DNA of 64,000 nucleotides, taken from assembly GCF_018350175.1 (NCBI RefSeq), contig NC_058368.1:99388001-99452000 (forward strand), written 5' to 3'. The DNA comes from Felis catus (taxonomy: Eukaryota). The translations under genes and the position numbers were made by a program. Numbering within the stretch: position 1 is the first letter of the stretch; the number at the start of each line of letters is the position of its first letter. Shown here in pieces: positions 1 through 12,428 of the stretch. The notes beneath the pieces are model-generated. The model did not search any database and was not told where the DNA came from. It saw nothing but the letters and a program-made list of their open reading frames with translations.

Positions 1-1010
1 ATTTCTTAATTGGGTTGTTTATTTTTTGATTATTCTATTGTAAGAGTTCTTTTAATATTTTGGACAACCATCCTTTTTCAGATGTGCCTTTTGCAAATAT
101 TTTCCCCCAGTTTGGCTTGCTTTTCATTCTCTTGACAGTGTCTTTCATAAAGCAAAAAGTTTTAGTTTAATGAAGCCCAATTTATCATTTCTTTCTTTCG
201 TGGATTGTGGCTTTGGTACTGTATCTCAAAAGTCAACGCCAAGGGGCGCCTGGGTTGCTTAGTCAATTAAGCGTCCGACTTCAGTTCAGGCCATGATCTC
301 GCAGTTTGTGAGTTCGAGTCCCGTGTCGGGCTCTGTGCTGACAGCTCGGAGCCTGGAGCTTGCTTCGGACTCTGTCTCCCTCTCTCTCTGTCCCTCCACC
401 GCTCACACTTTCTTGGTCTCTGTCTCTCTGTCTCTCTCTCAGAAATAAACATTAAAAAAAAAAGTCAGTGCCAAACCCAAGATCATCTAGATTTTCTCCT
501 GTATTATCTTCTATGAGTTTTATATTTTTGCATTTTACATTTAAGTCTGTGATCCAGTTTGAGTTAACCTTTGTGAAGGGTTAAGACTTGTATCTAGGTT
601 CATTTTGTGCATATCAATGTCTAGTTGTTCCCCAACTAGCAATAAATATCATTCCTCCATTTTATTTCCTTTTGCTCCTTCGTCAAAGATCTGTTGACTC
701 TATTTATGGGGTTTATTTCTGGTCTCTCTGTTTTGTTCCATTTATCTATTTTTCTGTTTTTTTGCCAATATCACACTATTTGGCAATTGTACCTTAATTG
801 TAATCTTAAAGTCTGGTAATGTCAGTCCTCCAACTTTGCTCTTTTCCTTCATTATTGTGTTGGCGATTCTGGGTCTTTTTCCTCTCCACATAAATTTTAG
901 AATTAGCTTATTGATATCTACAAATAACTTGCTGGGATTTTATTAAGACTACATTGATTCTATAGTTCAATTTGGGAAGAAGTGACCTTTTGACAAGGGT
1001 GAGTCTTCCA
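1..1010 (-). mobile_element. L1 (LINE-1) ORF2 3' fragment, degraded, interrupted by a SINE
   Basis: Typical antisense L1 ORF2 text (ttttgcaaatattttcccccag, tgatccagtttgagttaacctttgtgaagg, ccacataaattttagaattagctt); no long ORF. Confidence 0.85.
243..462 (+). mobile_element. CAN-SINE (SINEC, felid type)
   Basis: ggggcgcctggg head, B-box gagttcgagtcc, CT-rich tract, aataaa and A tail; degenerate TSD aaaagtca..gccaa. Confidence 0.95.
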
Positions 1011-1332
1011 ATCTCTGAACAGGAACAGCCATCTTTCCAAGTTTTATTTGATGTTTTTGGGAAGACACAATCTCAGGTTGATAAGGAAATGACAAGCCTT
1101 TTATCAAATCTTAAACTTCTGATTCTATTGTCTTCACTTCCAGTTTTCCTATTAATATTTCCAGGGATACAGTTCTCATAGTAGAGGCAAAATTATGAAC
1201 ATCTCTGAATATAAGCATTGCTGACACTGCCTTCCCTTCTCTTCATCTTGAACTTCTCTTTCTCTACAATTAAATATATATTTTAAGCTTTCATATCACA
1301 TCCAACTATAATTTTTATTCATACTCTTATAG

Positions 1333-1419
1333 AATATGTCTTCCCTACATGGTTAAAAAAACCCTGTGAAAGAGTCCTCAGTGGGGATGACCCTGGCTGT
1401 GATAAACTACTCTTTAATG
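1333..1419 (+). pseudogene. Candidate exon of unidentified multi-exon gene relic (87 nt, phase 1-1)
   Basis: Acceptor tttttattcatactcttatag, donor atg|gtaaat; stop-free: YVFPTWLKKPCERVLSGDDPGCDKLLFN. Confidence 0.5.
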
Positions 1420-1834
1420 GTAAATTGCTTTTACACATAATAAGAATTAACAGCTTTAATGATTTAGTGATTTGCTGTTTCCACTAGTCCAAATGTTTCC
1501 AGCAGAGAGTTAAATGTATTGAATTCTCTAAATGTATATTTCTCAAGGGGATCAGCAGGGCATCAAGAAATAGTAATAATAATTAATAGTATAACTATAA
1601 CAACCTGACATTTTATAGGGATAGAGTGTACAGTTCAGTGACTGACACTGTAATTCTTAATATATTTGTAATGGAAGATAAGTTGAAAGTTTTTTAGAGC
1701 TGGTATTTTCCTAGTTCTAGAAAGAAAGAACATGGTTTGTGAAATCAAGAAAGAAATTGCCTTGCCTGGAAAAATGTCGAGAGCATACCACATATAATTG
1801 AATTTACGCTTATTAATGCATCAAGATATATTCT

Positions 1835-2026
1835 GGGGGCACCTGGGTGGCTCAGTCAGTTAGGCATCTGCTCTTGATTTTGACTCAGGTCATGATCTCA
1901 CAGTTTGTGAGATCAAGCCCCGTGTCAGGCTCTGGGCTGGCAGTGTGGAGCCTGCTTGGAATTCTCTCTCTCCTCCCTCTGCCTTTCTCCCACTCGCATG
2001 CTCTCATTCTCTCAAAATAAATAAAC
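1835..2026 (+). mobile_element. CAN-SINE (older SINEC)
   Basis: ggggcacctgggtggctcagtcagtt head ... ctctcaaaataaataaa. Confidence 0.93.
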
Positions 2027-2042
2027 TTTCGAAACCTAAATA

Positions 2043-2276
2043 TAGTAAAACCTTGGATTTCAAGTAACTTGTTCTATGAGTGTTCCACAAGACGAGTAAA
2101 CATTTCTAATCAATTGTAACTTGATAAACGAGCAATGCCTTACAATACGAGTAGTACATGATGTTGAACATCACATCACAACTTAGTGGTTCTTGAAGTT
2201 CACTTTGATATACAAGTGCTTTGGACTACAAGCATGTTTGCAGAATGAATTATGTTCACAAACCAAGGTTTTACTG
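2043..2276. mobile_element. Tigger-type (TcMar) non-autonomous DNA transposon, short internally deleted copy
   Basis: TIRs (t/c)agtaaaaccttgg ... ccaaggttttactg; both ends match the ends of the longer copy at 53790-54581 in opposite orientation. Confidence 0.85.
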
Positions 2277-2469
2277 TCTTCTAAAGACACTGTTGTGGGG
2301 ATATAATTATCAGGAATGAATAAAACTTGTCTCCTTATAGTTGACAATCTAAAATAGAGATTAAAAAAATGCGGCATAATTAAGACATAGTTAGATTGAA
2401 TATCTGATCACCTAATGAGCGAATATAAGTAATTTTTGAATTTCTGATTATTTTGTGATAAAACCAAGT

Positions 2470-2830
2470 TCAGATAAGCTGATGACAGAAACAGCACACA
2501 TTTATTTGGCTTTGGGACCTTATAGGAGATATCTACCACATTTGACTGGCTATTCTGATGTAGCTTCTTGGATAACTGAAAGGCTAACAGCTCTGGAATG
2601 AAGGAAGAGTAGCAAAGTCTCTGTGGTTGGTGCATACTGTGGTGAAAGGAATTCTCCCACTTGGCCCCTGTGACCCACCCATACTGTTTATTCACCTTGC
2701 ATATGTTGATGGCAGATTGAGCCCATGTCTACTTCCTCAGGAGCCCTGCCTGAACTGCAGTGGAATGGTTTGGAGTTTGTTTACAAAGCATACCAGCTTG
2801 GCCAAGGAAGGCAGAGGTAGCTGTCACTAG
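2470..2830 (+). mobile_element. Ancient ERVL-like (class III) pol fragment
   Basis: Translates across frameshifts to GPYRRYLPHL ... LVHTVVKGILPLGPCDP ... MVWSLF, resembling ERVL pol as I recall it (GFWRQHIPHL ... ALPLGPYDP ... AVWSLW). Confidence 0.6.
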
Positions 2831-2925
2831 GGATGTAGCTTTGCAAAATAATAAAGGCCAATTATAGGACAGTGGTTTGTTAGGATAACCAAATAAGAAC
2901 AGGAAAATAAAGAAGCTGTATTTTT

Positions 2926-3092
2926 GGAGCAACTGGGGGGCTCAGTCAGTTGAGGGTCCAACTTTGGCTCAGGTCATGATCTCACCACTGGTGGGTTTGA
3001 GCCCCGCATTGGGCTCTGGGCTGACAGCTCAGAGCCTGGAGCCTGCTTCAGATTCTGTATCTCCCTCTCTCTCTGCTCCTCCCCCGCTCTCA

Positions 3093-3147
<55 letters not shown>

Positions 3148-3176
3148 AAACAAACATTAAAAACAATTTTAACAAA
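2926..3176 (+). mobile_element. CAN-SINE with long (CT)n
   Basis: SINE body, (CT)n at about 3099-3142; 16-bp TSD aaagaagctgtatttt. Confidence 0.95.
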
Positions 3177-3789
3177 AGAAGCTGTATTTTCATTTTTGAA
3201 TGTATTGTAATTAAATTTCTCCACAAAGTTTCATCTGGGGGCACAAGGGAATTTGAGTGTGGGGAAAAATACACACAGAAATGCCTTTATATGTGGAAGG
3301 GTATACTAATCTCTTTTCAGATATAAGTTGGTTAAATTAGTGTTATCTTATTTGTGAAAGAATAATGCTAGTTAATTCTTAATTTTGGAAGTTTTTAGTG
3401 ACTGAAATGGTTCTTCAGATAATAGAGGGGGAATTGTACGTGGGATAGGAAACTGAGGTCCTAAAATAAGTATGGCTGACTTGGAGAGCAAACTGAACCA
3501 AAGTAATGCAAAAGCAGGTGGGAATACAAGTAAAAGTGGTGATGATGATGTAAATAGGAAATCTCAGATGCCAGTGATCATTCTGACACACTGGCCAACT
3601 CTGTTCTAGGGAAAGGAAATTATACTTCATTATAATGCTGCTGGCTTAATAATCTGTTTTAAATGATGGGGTTACCAGATGTTTCTCTCTGGATATGCTC
3701 TTGGGTCTAATTCACCAAACAAGTTTGACTTTGGTGATATTCTAACTAGATTTCCACATCGTTGTATCTGTAATCATTTCTTTTCCCTC

Positions 3790-3900
3790 AGTGCATTCAT
3801 TTGAGTATGCAGCAGTTTTTGAGTGCATAGTAACATGAGAGTTCATGCCTAGGTGCTGGGTTCACATTGATGAACAGAAATGATACCTGTTCTCATGAAG
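3790..3900 (-). mobile_element. L2 3' end relic
   Basis: cattcatt...tttttgagtgc...ctaggtgctggg...gatgaacagaa...cctgttctcatgaag pattern. Confidence 0.55.
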
Positions 3901-4368
3901 TACATGTGTTCATTTAGAATCATATTTGATATTGACACTGGCACTACTTTTTAAAATTAATATGACATAATAAGCCTAATTTAGACTCAATAATAGTAGG
4001 GTTGAGGTATATACCAGTCTTTGCATCTTCTTCGTACTTCCTGTTTTAGATAGATAGCCTGTATAGATGTAAAAAGCATATATATATATTTCATTTAACC
4101 TTTAAAAGTAGAAGAAAAATCGTCAGTTCATACTTAAAGCACATTGACACATACTACTGTATCAGCCAGATATGTACTTGATCATATATCTGACAGATGT
4201 TTATATTCTACGTAAGTACATACAATAAGGTCGAGAAGTATAAAAACCTGATAATAGAGCTGAGCCTTGATAGGGACTTAAAGGATTCATAGAGTTTAAG
4301 CAATTCTTTGGTATCATTTCCATTTTTCGAAGTTTTTCAATTCAGTGTATTACTTGTATATTTTAAAG

Positions 4369-4821
4369 GTCCTTTATTAGTCCTGTTTCTGAGAACATGC
4401 CTCATGCCACCTGCCAGACAGCAAAAGGTTAACTGGAGCTTAGCTGCCTGGAATGTGGATTCATGATTGTACATCTTATTTCACAATGACCTGACATCAG
4501 GCCAAGGGATGAGGACTAACATTCACCTCTAGAATTTTCACCAAGGAAATTTTAAACCTAAGTACATTAAAATTGTCATCTCTTTTCGTGGTCTTCCATG
4601 GGACTAAATTGACAATCAAGTTAAAACAAGTCAAGGTATAACCGACTTGGTTCCCAAACGGACTGATACAGTAAAAACTGTTAGAGACACAGTCTTAGTA
4701 GATGCACCAAAAATCCTCTTTAGAAATCGTTCATTTCAATATGCAGTGTTCCGTTTAATAGAATACAAAACTAAGCCAGAAATTTGGACTTATTTATGTA
4801 AATCTGACTTACTTCACATAA
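4369..4821 (+). pseudogene. Candidate large exon (453 nt, phase 1-1) with three in-frame stops
   Basis: Acceptor tgtatattttaaag, donor taa|gtaaga; one frame of 150 codons with only TGA 4464, TAG 4530, TAA 4605; in frame with ORF-track 4647-4850 (VPKRTDTVKTVRDTVLVDAPKILFRNRSFQYAVFRLIEYKTKPEIWTYLCKSDLLHI). Confidence 0.55.
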
Positions 4822-5062
4822 GTAAGATATGTGGCTTAGCCAGTTATTGACTTGTGAACTTTTGTAGGCTTTTTCTGGATTTATTTAAAATGAAATAAAT
4901 ATTGAGTGAAAATACCAGGAAATGTATCATTTACTTAAAGGATTACGAAGAATTGACATAAATTAATGACTTTGAAATTGGCTAAGTTGTTAAAATCAAG
5001 GGGTTAAGCATAAAAAACACATTTGCATCAGTGTATATTCTTTAATCTTTTTCTTGATACAG

Positions 5063-5233
5063 ACAAAATTCTGTTAGAAGATTAACAGGTTGAACATTCA
5101 CAGCATTCCAAGGATTTGCTATAAATAGGAATAACAGTAAACATGAGCAATTTAGACTACAGGAGAAACAACACGTTAGAATATTACTAAATGTTGAATG
5201 AAAGAGAAAGATTTGTTTGAAGGCAGACTTTGT
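5063..5233 (+). pseudogene. Candidate degraded exon (171 nt, phase 1-1)
   Basis: Acceptor tttaatctttttcttgatacag, donor tgt|gtatgt; length preserves phase but 4 stops. Confidence 0.3.
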
Positions 5234-5739
5234 GTATGTTGTGTTTGTATATGTGTGTGTGTTTTCTACATGCTAACTCACTTCATTTCTCTGAGCATCA
5301 TGAGTTTGCACAGCTCTTCTGTATATCCTCACATCATATGTCCATTACTCCAGGCATACAAGCTTCCTTCCTATTCCTAATGCATGCTAAATGCAACTTA
5401 CATACATGGCTTTTACACTTCCCTGTCTGCCTTGCTTACTTCCTCACTTCTTTCAGTTATGTGTCCAAAGAACACTTATGAGGTCTTCTCTAACAACTAA
5501 TAAAATAGCAAAACACTTAAAGGATTCCCAATCTAAGAACACCTGCCCTGCCACCACCATGACCCCCATGAACACGAGCACCACTATATCTTGACGTTCT
5601 TTACTCTCCCCATCATCCCAGCCTCTCAGCCCCACCCCTGCCTCAGTGTCACGTGACTACCATCACAACCTCCTAGCCTCTTTACTGACTCTTTTTCTCA
5701 GTGAGCATGCCACCATGTGACATATCATATATTTCTTTC

Positions 5740-5890
5740 CCTAATTACTTTTTTCTTCCACCAGATTGTGCTTTCTATAAAGGTTGAGACTTTGGTTCAT
5801 GAATGTATCTTCGGTCCTTGAAACAGATGGTAAAGCGTGGCATTTATAAGGTGTTCAGTCAATATTTGTAGATTGAATAAACAAATGATG
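5740..5890 (+). mobile_element. L2 3' end relic
   Basis: gtggcatttataaggtgttcagtcaatatttgtagattgaataaa is a typical L2 3' terminus. Confidence 0.65.
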
Positions 5891-5912
5891 TATAATTTCT
5901 TTTTCTCCATAG

Positions 5913-5987
5913 AGAAATCCAGTTTCCTGAACACTGTCTTCAGTATAGTTTCCACGGCCCCCTTTGGCAGTATAAAATTGTGTTACA
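5913..5987 (+). pseudogene. Candidate exon (75 nt)
   Basis: Acceptor aatttctttttctccatag, donor aca|gtatga; two open frames (KSSFLNTVFSIVSTAPFGSIKLCY or EIQFPEHCLQYSFHGPLWQYKIVL). Confidence 0.45.
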
Positions 5988-6429
5988 GTATGAATATAGC
6001 TAAATTCTGCCTTAATCCCATCTGTCTTTTGTCTCTTCTGAAAGTGTTAGCATATTTTTTAGTTTCTGAAATTTGATAATATATCTCAATTAGTTGGAGA
6101 GCAAATACCATTTCTTTGTTATTCATTTTCAGTGAATAACTATTTGCATTCAAATAGTTGTCTTTGCATTTGTCTTTATTGTGTTTGAAATGCATTGCAT
6201 TTGTCTTTATTTTGTTTCAATAAAAATAAGATTAATCTGGTTAATATCCTATAACAATACACCAGAAATTTGTTTTGTAGCTGCAGAGAATTGAGACCTC
6301 TATTAGGGGAAATAGGCATTTGAAATAATTTTGGTACCTAAGGACGTTATTAGGTAGCAATTTGGTACTTAGGGACTATGTCAGTAGATACAGCACTTTC
6401 TTTTTGATGAGTTCTAGTTCTAGGGGTCA

Positions 6430-6720
6430 CACTTAAAAAAGGTCACTCCCACTCCTAGATTTAAACTACAACTGGTACAACTTTCTATTGTTTCCTTCTA
6501 TTATTTTTGTATTCTCCATATCTTACTGGTCTTCTTATTTACATTTAAGTCTCCATCTGTATTCCCATATAAGATGTGAGATCCGAGTCTAAATTTATTT
6601 TTCCACAAATATCTCATCCATTCTGCAAAGCTATTTCTGGAGTTCGCGTTTCTTCCACGCTGATGTAGCCATTGTTTTCCCGCTTTTCTTGTGCAGATGA
6701 TAGTCTTGCACAATTATAGC
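6430..6720 (-). mobile_element. L1 ORF2 fragment, old
   Basis: acatttaagtctccatctgtattc...aagatgtgagat...tttattttttccacaaata. Confidence 0.55.
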
Positions 6721-7239
6721 ACTCGTACCGGTCAATTCCAAACCTGGACTTCTTATTTCTTCCTCTTATTTTAATGATGTCTTATGTCTAACAGCAGTGA
6801 CTAAATAGTAGTTTATATAGCGATGTCTTGAGCTCAGTCTTACAGGGAAGATTTCTCCATTAAACATAATATTTATCATACATTTTCTCACTGTGTGGCC
6901 TGCCTCCTCACTCTCTTAATGATAACTTTTGATAAACACAAGATTAAAACATCTTAACAAGCTTTACGTAATGAGCATGTGTAGACTTTTGCACTCAGTG
7001 ACTATATAATACCATTGTTTTCGTGAAGGACAAATGATAATTACAAAAAATGGACCACAGACTGGAAAGTAGAGAAAGTTAGAGTACCTTTCAAACAATT
7101 AGAATTAGAGAGCATTTTCTTTGGCCTGAGTGGAAATGGCTGAAAAATAAAACTAAAAAAATGATAATGGAAAAATCCCCAAACACTAGCATATATATTT
7201 CTCAAAAACCCATGGATTTTTTAAATGTAATGTAAAAAA

Positions 7240-7412
7240 AATTTTTTTAGAGAGCATGAACTGGGGAGAGGGTCAGAGGTAGAAAGAGTCTTAAGCAGGC
7301 TTCGTGTTTTGCACAGAGTCTTACACCAGCCTTGATCTCATGACATTGGGATTATGACCTCAGCCGATATCAAGTGTTGGTAGCTCAACCAACTGAGCCA
7401 CCCAGGTGCCCC
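7240..7412 (-). mobile_element. CAN-SINE (older) inside an L1 fragment
   Basis: Ends ctgagccacccaggtgcccc. Confidence 0.9.
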
Positions 7413-7664
7413 TAACACACGAATCTTTAATAATATCATGATACAACTTAGAAAATGTTTTCAGCTGAATAGTAATGAAATTGTGGCACATATGGACTTA
7501 AGAGAACCAACTAAAACAGTACTTACAGGCAAAATTATAGATATACATATATATATGTGTGTATATATGTATATGTATATATTTGATTTGATTCTCAACA
7601 TCTGATTTTAGCTGCATGAATGTTACCAAGCCAATTAAAATTACCTTGCTTCAGTTTATCACTT

Positions 7665-7870
7665 TATTTTTTTTAGATGTTCATTTACTTATTTCAAGAA
7701 AGAGAGCATGAGCAGGAGGAGGGGAAGACAGGGAAAGAGAGAATCCCAGGCAGGTTCCATGCTGCTGGAGCAGAGCCCGGCCCAAGGCTCGATCTCATGA
7801 AATGTGAGATGCTGACCTGAGCCGAAATGAAGAGTCAGACCCTTAACTGACTGAGCCACCCAGGTACCCC
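7665..7870 (-). mobile_element. CAN-SINE
   Basis: gacctgagccgaaa...ctgagccacccaggtacccc. Confidence 0.92.
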
Positions 7871-8831
7871 TCAATTTATCCCTGTGGAACAGAAAAAACA
7901 AACAAAAACAAACAAACAACTATTTGTCTCTTTAGATGGTTGTGAAGATTACAGAAGATTTATTTTATCAAAAATGTTTTTTTTATAAAGGAAAACATAA
8001 ATATAACAACAACTTAGACACAAGTACAGTTTCAGCCAAACTTTTCATTTTTCATCTTGAAGTGAAAACAGGGAACAATAGTCCTGTGTAAATATAAATC
8101 TCTTACTATACTAAGTAACACCCATTGAGGTCATGATATAGTTAAAATGCTTTGGTTATCCCTCAAATATGAAAAAATAGTTCATTGCCAAATGGATCTA
8201 TTACTTTAAGTGAAATCTCTATGAACCCTAAAACAGATTTTGGATTGTGATTTTTATTTCCACATTCTCACTATTAACTAATTACAGTCTGCCTGGGGAA
8301 ATATACTAATGCTTTAAAAGTAGATTGGACGAGTCAATGATGGAAAAATAGTGACCGTGAGCCAACATCAAGCTGAGAAAACAGGAACCCATAATCTCCA
8401 TATGAGATGAAACTATGTGGAAAGAGGAATTCAATGGGTCTGGGCTCAAGCAGTAAAAACATGATGGGTGTAGTTAAAGTACAACTTTAAAAATCATCCT
8501 TGGGAAAATAGAGCAAGGACATTCAGTTTTATTAACAGGGAATTAATTTAATTTTAAATCAAAGTAAAAAATACAACCATTATGCTATAGAGGTGGTCAG
8601 TGGAGTTGACATGGTAAGAAACTGGTTAGTGCTTTCAAAGGGCTTCAACGTTTTAAAGTCATAATAATGTTTATCTTGGACTAGGTTAAAATCATAAAGA
8701 TATCAAAATTCAAAGTAGGAAGTTAAATGCCTTTTTGGGGTCAGGAAGTTTGGGAGTCAGTAACACACATATTATCTTTTATTCATAAGAAATTAAACCC
8801 AGCCTTTTATTTTTCTTCCCATTTAATATAG

Positions 8832-8883
8832 CAATATGGCAACTTTTGCCAAGTAAGAAATATAAACATTGGGGTTGCTTTGG
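8832..8883 (+). pseudogene. Candidate exon (52 nt)
   Basis: Acceptor ttttatttttcttcccatttaatatag, consensus donor tgg|gtaagt; open as IWQLLPSKKYKHWGCF (phase 1-2) or QYGNFCQVRNINIGVAL. Confidence 0.5.
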
Positions 8884-9732
8884 GTAAGTCTTTCTCTTTA
8901 TTTTTCTTCTTAAGAGCAGCCATGCTTTCCATTTTTATGTAACACTGGAAACGTTTCACTGTAATTTTCTTTTCTGCAAATCATCTCTCAATTCTGCTTT
9001 ATTACTTTTCAAACATTATCTCTCAAGTTCATTTTCTTTGTTTACATTGTAAGCAACGTTGTTTTAATTTATTCACATTTACATTATAAATGATAGCTTT
9101 AACATTCTGATTCTAATCCTGGTTCTTATTTAAAAATTAAAACACCATTTTTCCCACTTAACCTTTTTGCATTTTGATTACGTGATTGATTTTAGTTTAT
9201 ATGTAAATATTTCTGTCCTACCATCTTCATATTTCATATTTTATTCCAGTTTGTTCCCAAGGTGCCTCTGTTTTCAGTTTCAAAACTTTGGGGGGGAAGT
9301 AGTTTCATTTTTCTTGAGGAAGTGGAAATATTTTAAAAATTGTACTTCCTGTTATTTATGGGGCAGCTACTCTTTGTTAATCCTTGTATTTAGAATAGGC
9401 CCAGTCCTCAAAATTTACGATAGTTTGTATTAAGCAAATGAAATACATGTGGAAAGTAAAGATAACAGAAGCTAAGTTGCCAGAGTCAGCTAGCAACTGA
9501 GCATTGAAATCAGAATTTGAACTTGCTTGGTACGCCGTGGTTTTCGTCTGTTTCATTATATCAGGTTGTTATAGAAGAAGCAGAAGATTAAAGATCTGAC
9601 CTTAGCACTTTTGCGATTTTTCTTTGTCACATCCTTTAGCATTTGCTCCTTATATTATTTACATTTGTACTAATCTGACAGGTTGCACAGTGAGTGAATA
9701 GTGTTTTATAGAAGTTTAGTGGATTTTATATA

Positions 9733-10272
9733 TGTTATGAATTTGTCAAATTAATACCTACTAGGTGAAGCACAGGCTGCAAGATGGTGAGCCTTGGCTC
9801 CACAGTGGATCTCAAGAGGACTTGAAATAGAGAAGTTTATTATTCATAGGTTCCAGAGGAAAAACCTGAGGCACTTTGAGAGGCCACATAGCGAGGTCAA
9901 GACACAATGCAGACAGCAGGGCAAAATCTGGGGGCACATACTTTTTTATTAGAGCCCATGTGTAGCATGCTTTGGGGTTCCCAGACTAATGCCATATTGG
10001 TCAATTCAAACTTAACAAGCCGGGTTTTGGCAAGCCACATGGTTGTTTTACCTAAAAGGCACATAGCAAAATGCCCTGTGAGACAGGGGAGACTGTTTTG
10101 ATCATGAGGGTTGTTGGAGAAGTCATATCAAGAATTTGTGTTGCCTTGTGACTCTGCAGGCTGTTATCTGGGGCATATGCTTACATGAAGGGGCTAGTGT
10201 CAGTATAAGGTCACTGCACACTGGCCGGCCAAACAAAATGGATGCCAAGACAGCTTAGCTAAACTCTCGACA
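9733..10272 (-). mobile_element. Old ERVL-type solo LTR
   Basis: TG...CA ends, near 5-bp TSD atata/ataga, antisense aataaa (tttatt), GC-richer than flanks. Confidence 0.7.
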
Positions 10273-10794
10273 ATAGAAATTTATGTTGTGTACTTTGTTG
10301 TTGTTGTGTGTGTATACCATTGTATTATTTTATGTATTTATATATTACATATTTATAACATCTTATATACAAATACCAAAGGGCATGTATTAAATTACCT
10401 CTTCTCAATGAATACCATTTGCTTCTGGATCTGAGAACTGAGAATAATAGTTTAAAATGTGAAAGTAGACCTAAGTTTAAATCTCAGGTTTATTGCCTGG
10501 TATTTAACTTACAGAGTTATTATGCCATTTAAGTAAATAGCTAATAAATAGAAAGCACTTGGCACAGTGCTGGGTAGCCAGGACTGATCAATTAAACAAT
10601 AGTGATGTTGTGAAATACCACTATGTCCATTTTACAAGGTCCTCGGGCGTAGTCTGTATTATAACCTTGGATGTCAGGACACCCTAGCGTGGAGTTTTGT
10701 TGTGGATGAAGTGATAAAGGAAGGTGGGAGGCATGGAGTGGTAGTTGGGCTAATTTCACTTTCATGTTGCTACGGCAGTGTACCCTGTCCCAAA

Positions 10795-10859
10795 AATGTC
10801 CCACCAACTCACAGCCAAGTTGGTTGTCCCACCAACTCGCAATGTCCCACCAACTCACA
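10795..10859. repeat. Three copies of tgtcccaccaactc
   Basis: Exact 14-mer at 10797, 10825 and 10843; copies 1 and 3 identical over 19 nt. Confidence 0.9.
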
Positions 10860-12123
10860 CAGTTTTCTGAAAGTTCTTGGTGTCTGGTAGTTGCAGATGA
10901 TGATGAAGAGGTGTCAGTTCAGTGAAACCCTCTTCAGCATTTCCAGTGTGAGTTACTCACTTCTTCCTCAGAGCGAATCTGGCAGAGAGTCCTCTGTCCT
11001 CCCACTGCCTCAACACCTCGACGCTACTCTGTGTAAGATTTTCAAAAACCTGATCAGATCCCAGTTTCTCAAGGAACTCTTTGCTGCCAAATTATCCTAA
11101 ATATATTTCTGTGTTTATTATGTCTCAACTCAAAACTCATATATCTAAGGTAACTTCCACTTGTTTTGTTACGTGTATGTTTCTCCTAATACAACCCATA
11201 CATTCTACAGAAAGTAGTTTTGTAATTTGACTCATTTAAGTTGCATATACTTATTCTATAAAATCATTCAGCATTTATTCAGTGCCTGGAAAAAGTCTTG
11301 CAGCTAACATTAAATAAGTACGTCGTCATTTTATTTATGCCATAAATAAATAAAGATTTGGCAAGGAGTGATACAAAGGAATAATTGAAACTTTCCTCAA
11401 TAATTCAAGGGAACAGGTAAACAGTTTTCTTAGAAAGAAACTGGAAATACCTTTTAAACCATCTGTGTAAATAATATGCCAGTTGACGTAAGTTTTTAGC
11501 TTTCAAAGATGAAAGAATTAGTTTTTTTCCCCCTAAATTAATAAAATAGAGTGGAAACATCATCTGTCTGTCCTACAAAAGTAAACTATACTCCAAGGGC
11601 ATAAATAATAAAAGTCTGCTCAAGCAAATGCAGTCTTTGTTTTTAAAGTGTTCACTAAAATGTGGCTTTGGAACAAGCAAAAAATAAATCCAATGTCAGA
11701 CTTTTCTAGTATTGTTTCCAAACATTTGTTTGTCCTCCAGTAGTGTATTCAAAATAAAATCACTGTACATTCCCAAGTGCAATCTTTTCTCGTATGAAAT
11801 AGCAATTTTGATAGAGGCTGGATTAGTGAGGTAAGATTCTCAGCAATTTGGAATATATTTTTAAATAAATATTGGTGAAAGTATTTAGACAATAGAAAGG
11901 GAGGGAGAAAAAAGGTGAGGGTGTCAAATATTTTATTAAGTGGGATAAACAAGGGATAGGAAATGCTCCTTGTCTCAGAAGCACTCTATGAAAGTGATCG
12001 ATATGGATGGTTTATGCAACTTTTACAATGATTTTCTAAGCAATTAGGTCATCCTAAGCTTTGATTTTTCAGCAAAGCATTCTCTCCAACAGTAGGTTTA
12101 AGTCTTACCATTTGTTTCTACAG

Positions 12124-12168
12124 TTGGGGCATTTAAGAAAAGGGTATATTCTTTGCAATGTGTGTAAG
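12124..12168 (+). pseudogene. Candidate exon (45 nt)
   Basis: Acceptor ccatttgtttctacag, donor aag|gtacct; open in phase 0: LGHLRKGYILCNVCK. Confidence 0.35.
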
Positions 12169-12428
12169 GTACCTGAAACGTTTAGGGCAACATACTTCTC
12201 TGGTTACTTTTAAAGATAGTTGTGAATGCCAGTGTTGGTGATGGCGTGTGGGCATGGGAAGGATGAATGTTTTGCATAAGTGTGTGTGGAAGAAGGCTAG
12301 AATTAAAATAATGCCCCTGTGTCTAACAATTTTACTTTGCTTTCCTTATCCTCTAATTTGATAAAGAATTTAATGGTTTACCTAAGCTTCATGCCATGTA
12401 TTTTAAGCTTTTATTCTAAATCTTCTAG

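Noticed and set aside
243..330. tRNA genes (A/B boxes in SINE heads)
   Set aside because: tRNA-derived SINE heads continuing into CT tract and A tail; not cloverleaf genes.
10795..10859. CRISPR-like repeat-spacer array
   Set aside because: 14-nt unit, 4 to 14 nt spacers, three copies, mammalian context, no cas genes.
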